A stretch of DNA of 64,000 nt, from the NCBI GenBank assembly GCA_964016885.1, contig OZ024760.1:7564001-7628000 (forward strand), given 5' to 3'. The position numbers and the translations under genes are program-made. Below, one piece after another: positions 52,464 through 64,000 of this stretch. Position 1 is the stretch's first letter. The number at the start of each line of letters is the position of its first letter. Under the pieces are notes generated by a model. That model saw only the letters and a program-made list of their open reading frames with translations. It had not been told where the DNA came from and did no database searches. The DNA comes from Eledone cirrhosa (taxonomy: Eukaryota).

Positions 52464-52980
52464 CTTTAATCACAGAAAGAAAAAAAAGTAATAATAAAAA
52501 AATTGGATTAACCCTTTCGATTCCAACCCGACCAAAACCAGCCCTGGTTCTATGAAAGAAAACTACCTATTTCAAATAATTCCTATATTCCAACACACAC
52601 AAAGACAGACAGACAGAAATATATAAGCACTCTAACCCTTTAGTATTTACATTACTCTATATTTACTATTATATTTTAATGATAAAAACTTTATCTTACA
52701 TTATCTCATAATATCGAATTCATGAGTTTTTTTGTTTTTTTTTGAGAACAATACCTTAACATCAGTATAAGTGGCCAGTTACAGCCGCTTTGAACAGAAA
52801 AAAGTAAGAGAATTCTGGCCAGATACGGCCGGTTTAAATGCTAAAGGGCTAAATTACAAAGACTAGTTCACTGCTTTCACAACCATAGAAATGAAAAGAA
52901 AACTGAAATACATAGAAACATGTATATGTATCCAAAATATTTTTTAAAAAAACCCCCCCAAAACTGCAGAAAGGACTTAC

Positions 52981-53104
52981 TGGTCACACAATCATGTACG
53001 CTATCACCATCAAGCACTTTGGCTTCTTCAGTCCAACGTGTTAGTGTTGAGGGAATACAAGAAAGGACACCGGGACCAGCTGAGCTGTTATCAGGGTAGT
53101 TTTC
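52981..53104 (-). CDS. HUWE1: HUWE1 exon (ENYPD...IPSTLTRWTEEAKVLDGDSVHDCVT)
   Basis: 124 nt, phase 0-1; conserved RWTEE-VLD motif. Confidence 0.92.
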
Positions 53105-54309
53105 CTGAAGGAAGATGGGGAAATACAAACATGAAAAACAACAACCCTTTCAATAAGGTCTAGATATGTGTGTGTGTATGTGCATATATATACATATATA
53201 TGCGCGTGTATATATATATTTATATATACATACACACACATATATATATATTTATATATACATACACACACACACACACATATATATATATATTTATATA
53301 TACATACACACACACACATATATATATATATATACATACACACACACACATATATATTTATATATATATATATTTAAATATACATACACACACACACATA
53401 TATATATATATATTTATATATATATACATACACACACACACATATATATATATATATTTATATATACATACACACACACACACATATATATATGTATATA
53501 TATGTATATATATATATACACACAAAATACTAACAAAATACACCCCGTCCCACTATCCCCACCCCATCCACACCACCCCTTTCAATGTAAAGTTATGTTG
53601 GTGTCACAACATCCAGCCCGAAACAAATGAGATCGTGTAGGTGTCACGACAAAAAAAACACAGTCCACGCTGTAATGTGGCCGTGTAGGTAACACGGTAA
53701 AAACCTCCCAGTTCCACACTGTAAATGTGGTTGGTGTTAGGAAGGGCATCCAACTGTAGAAAACCCGCCAGACAGTCCTATACGAGCAAGACAATCACTC
53801 TTGCCTCAAGTGGGAAAACCCCCGTCCAAACCCATGCAAGCATGGAACATGGGCGTTAAACGTTGATGATGATGATGATGATGATGATGATGTGTGTGTG
53901 TGTGTGTATGTATGTATGTGCATATATATATACATATATATGCGTGTGTGTATGTATGTATGTATGTATGTATGTATGTGCATATATATACATATATATG
54001 CGTGTGTGTGTGTGTAAGCAATAAGTCAAAGAAAAACATGTGAGAAGAAGACAGCACAATGATGATATATATTAGATTAACACTTGATATAGTAAGGAAA
54101 GTCTTAATGTTTCAGATACTAGTCCTTCATCAGAAAATAGAATGAGAAATACAAGAAGTAGTATAAACTAGAATAAGAAAACAAAGAAACAGAAAAAAAT
54201 GTTTTTCATATGCAGTAAGCATGTGTGCTTAGTGATATATATTTGTGTATTGAAACGTTCGTAGAGATGTATGAATTAATAATTTCTTATGCTTGACTTT
54301 CTTACAATT

Positions 54310-54385
<76 letters not shown>

Positions 54386-54744
54386 GTAAATCTGAGTTTT
54401 TCGAATATTTATAATAATATTCGATATGGTCTCCCGACCATTCCCGCATCAAATGGAACAAAACCGTCTAACCCATGCTAGCGTGGAAGATGGACATTAA
54501 ACGATGATGATACCTACACATACATATATATCTATGCATATACCTACATGTACCCACACACACATATATCTTGGCTGTGTATATCCAGTTTAGAATAGGT
54601 ACACTGTATGTATCCCTGCATGTTGTAAAAAGCAACTAATATGGTTGCCATGAGGAAGGGCATGTGGCTGTAAAACATTGCCTCAAACCATCACATCCAA
54701 ATTAAACCATCTTAGAAAATCATCAACACCCATTTTCTCCTCTA

Positions 54745-54952
54745 GCAGTGGTTAGATGGGTGGTCAGACAAAGTCAGTACTTAAGCAGTGTCTCTGCTAA
54801 CAATGGTTAGATGGGTGGTCAGATAAAGTCAGTATTTAAGCAGTGTCTCTGCTAACAATGGTTAGATGGGTAGTCAGATAAAGTCAGTATTTAAGCAGTG
54901 TCTCTGCTAACAATGGTTAGATGGGTCGTCACAGACTGAGTCAGTACTTAAG
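54745..54952. repeat. 55-bp tandem repeat (~4 copies)
   Basis: tggttagatggg...aagtcagta-ttaagcagtgtctctgctaacaa repeated. Confidence 0.8.
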
Positions 54953-55164
54953 TGGAGCCTCCTGACCGTACAAAGCATTCCCATTCTATAATGAGTGCAT
55001 TTTATCACGACTCCAACACTAGGGGATTGTCATATCTTTGACACTGTTGAAGAGTCCTCCTGGCCCTTTATTTGGCAGGGGTTTTCTACAGTTGGATGCC
55101 CTTCCTATCAGCAGCCATTTTACAACTGATGATAAAAGAAATAAGCAAGGGAAACCAAACATAC

Positions 55165-55306
55165 CTGAAATAATTCATCAAAGACATCTTCATCTTGGCG
55201 TGAAGAAACAAACCGTAGGTGATCTTCATTAGCTAAAACCATTCTTGCCTGTGAGGAAACTGCTCCTTGACCAGTGGTTAGCTGTAGAACGTCTGGCCCT
55301 AGTAAT
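55165..55306 (-). CDS. HUWE1: HUWE1 exon (LLGPDVLQLTTGQG...DELFQ)
   Basis: tag/gtatgt sites, 142 nt, phase 2-0; not in the ORF track. Confidence 0.88.
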
Positions 55307-56095
55307 CTAACAGGTGAAACGAAACATTAGTGCAAGCATAGACAGACAGAAAGAAAAAAAAAAACGTGTATTGTGATTTATTAGCTGTTAATGATTTCTA
55401 ATTTAGGCACAAAGCCAACAATTTGTGGAGTGGCAAAATTCAATTAAATGAACCCCCAGCACTTGACTGGTACTTTATTTTATCAACCTTGAAGGGATAA
55501 AAGCAAAGTTGACCATAGATGAATTTGAAGTCAGAATGAACAAATGGAGTTTTATACGACTCTCTACCAATTCTGCCAATCCACCACCTCTCTGTATTAC
55601 CTTTTAATGACACTTGAACTCATCCCACATGAAAATGGGAGTTAAAAAAACAAAACAAAAAAACAAAAACAAAGGCAAATAAGTTAAAGCTACAGCACCA
55701 GAACGCACCAGGTGCATCTTATAGTGGTTTTAACACCATCACTTTACAGAGTGTACCAGGTGTATCTTATAGTGACACCATCACTACCATCTTACAGTGT
55801 TGGCTTGATATATTTTACCATGGTATCAAAACCAGAGTGTACCTGGTGTACTTTAGTGTGGTATTAGCACTTCCACTTTAGAGAGTGTACCTAGTGCATT
55901 TTATAGTGGCACCAGTATTACCACTTGACAGAGTCTACTGGGTGTATTTTATAGTGTTATTAGGACCACCACATTACAGAGTGTACTAGGTGTATCTTAT
56001 AGTGGTATTAGCAGCACCTCTTTACAGAGTGTACCAAGTGTATTGTGTAGTGGCACTAACACCACCTTAACAGAAAACTATAATAAAGAACTAAC

Positions 56096-56309
56096 CTCTG
56101 CAATATAACTGGTGTGTTTGGTTGCCTGTTATTGGCACTGTGAATGTTCACTTGTAATGTTGATGTGCTTGGGTTAAAGCGATATGTATTGCGCTGCCTG
56201 TTGCCGCGGTGAACACGGGCCACACCCATCACTGGAGCTGGTTCGGGGTTACGGACCAAAAGCGGATGGGTTGTAGGCACAGAACTGGGAGCAGGTGGCA
56301 AAGAAGGAA
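56096..56309 (-). CDS. HUWE1: HUWE1 exon (PSLPPAPSSVPTTHPLLVR...PVILQR)
   Basis: 214 nt, phase 1-2; HPLLVR and ILQRLLGP motifs as in HUWE1. Confidence 0.88.
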
Positions 56310-56462
56310 CTGAAAAACAACACAAAATTATTCCAATAACTGTAAATTGATTTTCCTGAAATACACTTTAGGTTATATATATATATATATATATACACAC
56401 ACATATACATACATACATACATATTGTTCAACGCCTATTTTCAATGCTAGTGTGTGCGTGTG

Positions 56463-56500
<38 letters not shown>

Positions 56501-57842
56501 AGTAGAGATTAAAGTTTAAGCAAAGAGTTTCTGCTTTCACCCTAAACAGGATCTTCAGAAGATACCATTTAGGGTGAAAAGCAGAAATTCTTTGCTCAAA
56601 CTTTAATCTGTACTAATTATAAATATTTGCTTTATGGATTTATATTTATATATATATAATCGAGCCCTCTTCGGATTTTGGTCTTTGTATGTATCTATAT
56701 ATATATAGATATATATTCAACAAAATCAATGGAAAAAATAAAAATACTTCTAGCCCTTTTGATATGCAACCACCTGATACCATACCTAGTTTTATGATAT
56801 GCTTTTTAAAAATATGTTTATATTTATCAGAAAATCTTTGTTAGGTTTTAATTATGCGAAAGTTCATTATATTACTAAACATCTCCAAATTGATGATAAT
56901 TTTCAAAATTAATTGAAATATGGTAAATTTCAACTTTTCCACTGCTTTTTAAGTCAACCAGACATTTACAATTCTAACTAAATGCTTAAAATCCTCTAAA
57001 AGCTGACAAACAATGACCAGGGACTTCTTAGCATAATAACTAATACATTCATCAGGCATCTGAGAGATGTGGTGGCTCATATTCAAATCTTTCCAACAGA
57101 ACATATGGTTATATAAAATTAAGTTACTATCTTAGTAATGAAGTAATTTGCATAAATTCCTCAAAATTCATTAATTTATTGAAATAGAGAGTATTTCATT
57201 AGAAGTATTGTCATGAAAAGGTTAAATGATTTCCAGACATACAGACACTTCACATCACATCAAATATACTTTTACAAACAGTTAATATTCTCTCCTAGTA
57301 TAACCTCAATCTTCATCATCCTTTAACGTCCATTTTTCCATGCTAGCATGTGAGAAGGGTTTGATCAGGAGACCATGTCTTGCACATACAGAACTGTTTC
57401 TGGTTTGGTTTGGTTTGGTTTCTATAGCTGGATGCCCTTCCTAATGCCAACCACATTTACAAGACAATGTCATTAGAATTATGGTATAAGGAAAAAGTTA
57501 AAAAGTGTTTTACACACACAAACTTCACCTCAAACATGTTTATACAAACAGCTAACATTCTCTCCAAGCATTATCTCTCTCACAACCCCATGTTCTCTTA
57601 ATTGGAAATCATAGACAATGTCATTCATTAGTATCATGGCATAAGGGAAAGGTTAAAAAGTGATTACACACACCAACACACATACTTCACCCCAAACATG
57701 CTTTTACAAACAGCTAATATCTTCTCCAAGTATTATTTCACAACTCTCTTGTACTCTTAACTAAAATTCATAGACAATTTTATTCATTAGAAATATGACA
57801 TAAGGAAAGTATTAAAAAGTGATTTCCACACATGCACACACA

Positions 57843-57878
<36 letters not shown>

Positions 57879-57950
57879 TACAGACTGTCATTCATTAGAA
57901 ATACAATAAACAACAAACAAAAAAAGAAGGGTTTAAGGAAAATGTCTTAC

Positions 57951-58076
57951 CTGATGTTTCGTTACCATTGTCTTCATGGATAGAGAATGGCAAATGATAA
58001 GTACGAAAACTGGAATTATCATTAAAAACAACATGCTGGCCTGAAAAGATTTGATTACTATAGTTCCTGGGGATCA
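57951..58076 (-). CDS. HUWE1: HUWE1 exon (IPRNYSNQIFSGQHVVFNDNSSFRTYHLPF...)
   Basis: tag/gtaag sites, 126 nt, phase 1-1; an alternative in-frame acceptor would start the exon at 58040. Confidence 0.7.
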
Positions 58077-59043
58077 CTAGTGAGAAATCAAAAATAAGCA
58101 AACATACTGTTGGATTTATTATCTTAACTAGGAGAATTAAAATTTACCAAAATTTGGTTTAAATGCAATGTCGGATTGTAAATGTGAGTTGAGAACACCC
58201 TGCCACCCAATCTAGATTTTGTGGAGTAGAGATAAAGACTATTTTACAAACATTATATATACATATACATGCATACATATATACACACACACACACATAC
58301 ATACGTACATATATATTCATACATATATATATATATATATATACAAACATACATATACATACATACATACACACATACATACTCACATATACAAACATAC
58401 ATATACTCACATATACAAACATACATATATATGCTCACATATACAAACATACATATATATATACACACATATACAAACATACATATATATATATACACAC
58501 ACATATACAAACATACATATATATATATACACACATATACAAACATACATATATATATACACACATATACAAACATAGTATATATATATTATATATATAT
58601 ATATATATATACATATACACACACACTAACATGCGTATGCATACATACATACATACATACATATGATGGCTGCAATTCCATTTCAAATAATGCCATCACT
58701 TGATAAGTATGAACATCATGGACGTGGCTTTTTAGTCCTGCTAGCGACTTGCCTATGGCCAGCAATACCACGCATCGTAAAAAAAATGTCACATCAGCCG
58801 ATGCCTGTGCTTGAAGATTTTTTTTAAGCGAGGAAAGGTTTTGCACGGGGCCAAACCCACTCTCTGAACATCGAATGCCTTTGCCCCAAAAGAAGAACTG
58901 GTCTACATCATTAGATACAAACAAATTTGCAGGTTTTATATCAGAGTGACATAGAGAGATGTCTTAAAGAGGACTAGGAGTCTCTCGCTCCACACATCAA
59001 AAAAAATTATTGGAAGGCCATTAATTCTCAGTTCCTAGCCTTT

Positions 59044-59096
<53 letters not shown>

Positions 59097-60018
59097 ATGC
59101 CTTCATATTAATTCCTCTTACACCCAGTCTTCTCTCAATACTTTTATACATATATATACACACACACACACACATACATTCCTTCATATTAATTTTTCTT
59201 ACACCCAGTCTTCTCTCAACACATTACAATTCTTCTTATGCCTGTATATGAAGACAAAGCTGGGGGTCTGCAGCTAGGCGAGAGGCCAGTTGTAGTGTCA
59301 TGCTGTGGGTGTGACTCATATTTTACAGCCCCCATCAATCCACCACTTTCATGGTATTCTTCTGGCTCTGAAGCCTCGGCCCTAGGCGCTCTAAGTCCAC
59401 CCACACGGTTGTCTGGCCACTTGCCATTCATATGAAGCAGAAAAACCACATCATTAGAGTTATTTTACATTCATTTTTCTATACTTCCACAGGTTGGATA
59501 ACGCACAAAACTTATCCCAGTTTCATTGGTGTAAAGTGACAGAGTAGAAAACCACCACCCTGGATGTGACACAGGTCCAGCTGTCACTGATACTTCTAAA
59601 CCGGAGCAACAAGAAATGAAGTGCCTCGTTCAAGGACACAGCACCTCACCCAGTCTGGGTATGAAACCTGTGACCTTATGAACTGTGTCTTGTTCAAGGA
59701 CACAGCACCTCACCCAGTCTGGGTATGAAACCTGTGACCTTATGAACTGAGTCTTGTTCAAGGACACCTCACCCAGTCTGGGTATCAAACCTGTGATCCT
59801 ATTTATGTTCGTGAGCCCAACACCCTAACCACTAGGCCACACACCTTCACATATTGAATAACTGATACCAGCTTGCCATGAAGAATCACTGACAATAATC
59901 AATCCAGATGGGATTTCAACTCTGAATGAAAAGAGTGAGAAAATTAAAGAAACAAATTAAATATTTTTAATTAGATATCTACTTAGTGTCGCAACCATCT
60001 AACTCCACTCCTCAGTAA

Positions 60019-60059
<41 letters not shown>

Positions 60060-60698
60060 TCAAATTTTATGTGTAATTAGTCTTAAAATGTAAATTAAAA
60101 TATTTAAGATCGATGAATAATAAAAATAATAAAGTAATTGATAAAATAAAACCAACAAACAAAATCAAAGGAAATTTAAGAACAATATTTGCTTAACTTA
60201 CAAAGCATTTGGACATTTTAAATTTGAAAAATAATCACCACAATACAGATAACTACAATAGTTGAATAAATCAGGTAAAGTACTCCACTCCTGGAGCCAG
60301 AACAGTGGGTAGAGATGCCTGCTGGGGATTGAACCACATCTGCTCTTGTATGCTGGCATGCATGTTTAAATGTGACAGAGAGAGAGAGAGAGAAAGAGAG
60401 AGAGAGGGGGGGGGGGGTGTAATAATTTTCGCTTAGACCATTAGTGTAAATTAGGAGAGACTATGAATCAAACAGTTTTGGATCTGAACATGGATTGAAA
60501 ATGAATTGTATGTGGTACCATCGGTTTGAGTGCGGTACCATTGGTGCGTGATATCATAAAGGTAGTGTAGTAGTGGTAGTAGTAATAATAGTATTAGCAG
60601 TAGTAATAACAGTAGTATTAGTAGTAGTAATAATGTAAACAATGTAAGAAAGTAGAATGAAGGTAATGCAAATGAAATGAGGGTTAGGTCCAACGCAC

Positions 60699-60825
60699 CT
60701 GTTGAGAAGACATCATCAACACGGAGAAGATAATCATCATCAACAGCCTGAGCCATTGAACTATCCACTTCTTGGTAGTCATCATCTTCATCCTCGTCAT
60801 CAGCTTCCATCATACACTCAGAACC
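60699..60825 (-). CDS. HUWE1: HUWE1 exon (GSECMMEADDEDEDDDYQE...)
   Basis: ctgcag/gtgcgt sites, 127 nt, phase 0-1. Confidence 0.82.
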
Positions 60826-60964
60826 CTGCAGAAATGAAATAAAATAAAATTTACGGCTAACATCAATACAGGTTTAGCTGGCCTCCCTCCCACGAGGTTG
60901 GAAGTTTAATGGGGTGTTTTAACATGTGCGTGTGTGTATATATATATATATATATACACAATAT

Positions 60965-61305
60965 GGAGGCACATGGCTTAGTGGTTAGAGCATTGGCCTT
61001 GCAATCGAAAGGTTGTGAGTTCAATTCTCAGACCGGGTGATGTGTTGTTTCCTTGAGCAAGACACTTTATTTCACATTGTTCCAGTTTACTCAGCTGTAG
61101 AAATGAGATGATAGGGACTGGGGTCCATATCATTCCACTGTAAAGTGGTCGTGGAGATGCCACAGTAAAAAAGCACCCAGCACTCACTGTAAATGAGGTT
61201 GGTGTTAGGAAGGGCATCCAGCTGTAGAAATCAAGCCAGAATCAGTTCCCGTCCCACCCTTGCAAGCAGGGAAAAGTGGACGTAAAATGAAATGATGATG
61301 ATGAT
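60965..61305 (+). mobile_element. SINE family A copy
   Basis: near-identical to 6641-6985. Confidence 0.88.
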
Positions 61306-61962
61306 ATACACACACAATATATATATGTTTGTGTGCATAATTCGTTGTTACAGCCCACTTCTATAGAAGTTAAGCTGGTCTCCCACGAGGCTGGAAGTTT
61401 CTTAGGGTGTTGTAATGATAGGGCATCCAGTTTAATATTGTTATAGCTGGCCTTGTAACAGGTTGCATCTTATAGGAAGATTCTTGGGTGTTTTACTTAT
61501 AGGGGTGGGCTCAGTCCTATCATGAAAAGCAACATGAAAATAAGTCTTGCTCAAGAACACAATTCACTGGTTCAATAATTGCACCCACTTTAGAGAATAG
61601 GTTTGGTATGTTTTATGGTACTCTTACTACCTCATTACAACAAGAGCAATGAGATGTGGTATGCAGGAGGCAAGATTGCACTAATATGTACATGTGAGTG
61701 GAGATTGTGAGTAAAAGAGGGATGAGATGTAATGCAGAAAGGGATGCTGCACTGGTAGGGACATGCGATAAGCATGGATGAAGAAGTACCAAGTAATCCC
61801 AGTGGAAGGAAACCCCGACCAAGGAAGACCTGGATAGAAGTGGTGTGAGAGCTGATCTCAGATGGCTGAAGTGCCCCATGATATCAGTGGAAGGAAGCCA
61901 CAGTAGAGGAAAACCAAGGAAGACCTGGATTGAAGGGGAGGGAGGGAGAGTGGGTGCAGTAG

Positions 61963-62858
61963 AGGAAGACCAAGAAAGACCTGGATGGAAGTGGAGGGAG
62001 GCTGCAGTAGTGGAAGACCAAGAAAGACCTGGATGGAAGTGGAGGGAGGCTGCAGTAGTGGAAGACCAAGGCAGACCTGGATGGAAGTGGAGGGAGGCTG
62101 TAATAGTGGAAGACCAAGGCAGACCTGGGTGGAAGTGGAGAGAGGCTGCAATAGTGGAAGACCAAGGCAGACCTGGATGGAAGTGGAGAGAGGCTGCAGT
62201 AGTGGAAGACCAAGGCAGACCTGGGTGGAAGTGGAGAGAGGCTGCAATAGTGGAAGACCAAGGCAGACCTGGGTGGAAGTGGAGAGAGGCTGCAATAGTG
62301 GAAGACCAAGGCAGACCTGGGTGGAAGTGGAGGGAGGCTGTAATAGTGGAAGACCAAGGCAGGCCTGGGTGGAAGTGGAGAGAGGCTGCAGTAGTGGAAG
62401 ACCAAGGCAGACCTGGATGGAAGTGGAGGGAGGCTGCAGTAGTGGAAGACCAAGGCAGGCCTGGGTGGAAGTGGAGAGAGGCTGCAATAGTGGAAGACCA
62501 AGGCAGACCTGGGTGGAAGTGGAGGGAGGCTGCAGTAGTGGAAGACCAAGGCAGACCTGGATGGAAGTGGAGGGAGGCTGTAATAGTGGAAGACCAAGGC
62601 AGACCTGGGTGGAAGTGGAGAGAGGCTGCAATAGTGGAAGACCAAGGCAGACCTGGGTGGAAGTGGAGGGAGGCTGCAGTAGTGGAAGATCAAGGCAGAC
62701 CTGGGTGGAAGTGGAGAGAGGCTGCAATAGTGGAAGACCAAGGCAGACCTGGGTGGAAGTGGAGAGAGGCTGCAGTAGTGGAAGACCAAGGCAGACCTGG
62801 ATGGAAGTGGAGAGAGGCTGCAATAGTGGAAGACCAAGGCAGACCTGGATGGAAGTGG
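61963..62858 (+). repeat. 48-bp tandem array (~19 copies) inside an RTE LINE 3' remnant
   Basis: unit ggaagaccaaggcagacctgggtggaagtggagagaggctgcaatagt translates to GRPRQTWxEVERGCNS; flanks are RTE-like and end in (gat)n at ~63005. Confidence 0.9.
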
Positions 62859-63036
62859 TGTGAGAGCTGATTTCAGATTACTAATGTTCATGGAAGAGAA
62901 GACAAAGGAACACAACAAGTGGAGAAATGGTATACCGAGATGGACATGTCCAACCTATGCAAGCGTGGAACAACAAAGATGTGATGATGATGATGATGAT
63001 TATGATGAATGTAATACAATAGCCTTAGTTTGTTAC

Positions 63037-63149
63037 CTCGTCCTCATCTTCTTCATCTTCATGTTCTTCGTCATCTTCATTGTCGCACACATCACCTTCC
63101 TCGTCCCCTGAACCACTTTCCTCTTCAGAACCTTCTTCTTCGTGGACAT
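63037..63149 (-). CDS. HUWE1: HUWE1 exon, acidic region (VHEEEGSEEESGSGDEE...)
   Basis: cag/gtaac sites, 113 nt, phase 1-0, in frame with the following exons; upstream exons lie outside the window. Confidence 0.8.
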
Positions 63150-63746
63150 CTGGTGAAAGCAAAAAAAAACAAAAAACATTGATCATCAATGAATCAATCA
63201 CTGAGGGGAACCAATCAATATGATTACGGGTGAAAGCCAGGTGTAAATATCAAGATTTACCGTAGAACCATCAAAGCAACTAACAGATTTTACTAAGGAA
63301 ATATTCTGCACTAGACCCCAACACACAAATATATTCCTGCCTTTACTATTATTATTATACATTATTTTGAAGTTATTACCACTATATCCACTAATATGAT
63401 AGCATATATATATATATATATATATACACATACATATACACACACGTGTGTAAAGTAGTATGTTATTTGAAGGCTACAACAATGCAAAATGGACGGTAGA
63501 TTTTGGAATAAATTGAAGGCAACAAAGATGTTAGTGTGTCACCTGTTATTTTATTTACCTGTTCTAATATTCCGAGTCTAAAACCCTTCGTCAGAAAACT
63601 AAAATAAGAAACAGGATCGAAGTTCGTACTTTTGACATTTTTCTACTGTCCAGTTTGCATTGTCATAACTGTCAAATAACATACTGCTTCATACACTAAC
63701 ACAATACTTTAAGCACACTACAATACCGTCATATATATATATATAT

Positions 63747-64000
63747 GGAAGCACATGGCTTAGTGGTTAGAGCATTGGCCTTGCAATCGAAAGGTTGTGA
63801 GTTCAATTCTCAGACTGGGTGATGTGTTGTTTCCTTGAGCAAGACACTTTATTTCACATTGCTCCAGTTTACTCAGCTGTAGAAATGAGATGATAGGGAC
63901 CCCAGTCTGCAAAGTGGTCGTGGAGGTGCCACGGCAAAAAAGCACCCAGCACTCACTGTAAATGAGGTTGGTGTTAGGAAGGGCATCCACCTGTAGAAAT
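63747..64000 (+). mobile_element. SINE family A copy, cut by the window end
   Basis: near-identical to 6641-6900 apart from a short internal deletion. Confidence 0.87.

Noticed and set aside
59255-59335. RNase P/MRP or HDV-like ribozyme identity for the structured element
   Set aside because: It lacks the GGAA-type CR-I and CR-V consensus, and lacks the P3/L3/P1.1 arrangement of HDV folds.
60285-60365. tRNA gene or extra exon (GGTTCAATCCC on -)
   Set aside because: No cloverleaf or A box, and no convincing splice donor; not needed for the HUWE1 frame.
60679-60689. CCTAACCCT telomerase-template-like 9-mer on - just after a donor site
   Set aside because: No adjacent pseudoknot, CR4/5 or H/ACA domain is recognisable; a chance occurrence is plausible.
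61845-62918. 300+ aa ORFs on both strands as genes
   Set aside because: Explained by the 48-bp repeat in a decayed LINE.
21760-63149. let-7/miR-98 cluster as hosted by mammalian HUWE1
   Set aside because: No TGAGGTAG-type mature sequence in a hairpin was seen in these introns.

Overview
Eukaryotic, AT- and microsatellite-rich genomic DNA. The SINE, MITE and RTE families suggest a coleoid cephalopod (Octopus-like); this is an inference. Two genes converge tail to tail. On + are the last four coding exons of the mitochondrial tRNA 2-thiouridylase TRMU/MnmA (7681-15326). On - are the last 28 coding exons of the giant HECT E3 ligase HUWE1 (63149 down to 21760). I chained these by hand using GT-AG sites and phases into one open frame of about 2080 codons, ending in the HECT domain. 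The introns contain three large tandem arrays (65-bp x80, 33-bp over ~5 kb, 48-bp x~19), tRNA-derived SINEs, an RTE LINE 3' end, TTAA/TA/8-bp-TSD MITEs and many inverted repeats. The most notable observations are: (i) Penelope-type minimal hammerhead ribozyme motifs, one apparently intact (10822-10864, -), with the 65-bp satellite being an 80-fold amplification of the 5' part of another; (ii) two non-repetitive, highly structured segments in one HUWE1 intron whose G-U pairs favour the HUWE1 sense strand (candidate ncRNAs); (iii) a duplicated decoy splice acceptor and a displaced exon copy inside HUWE1. All structures were folded by eye and no database search was run.
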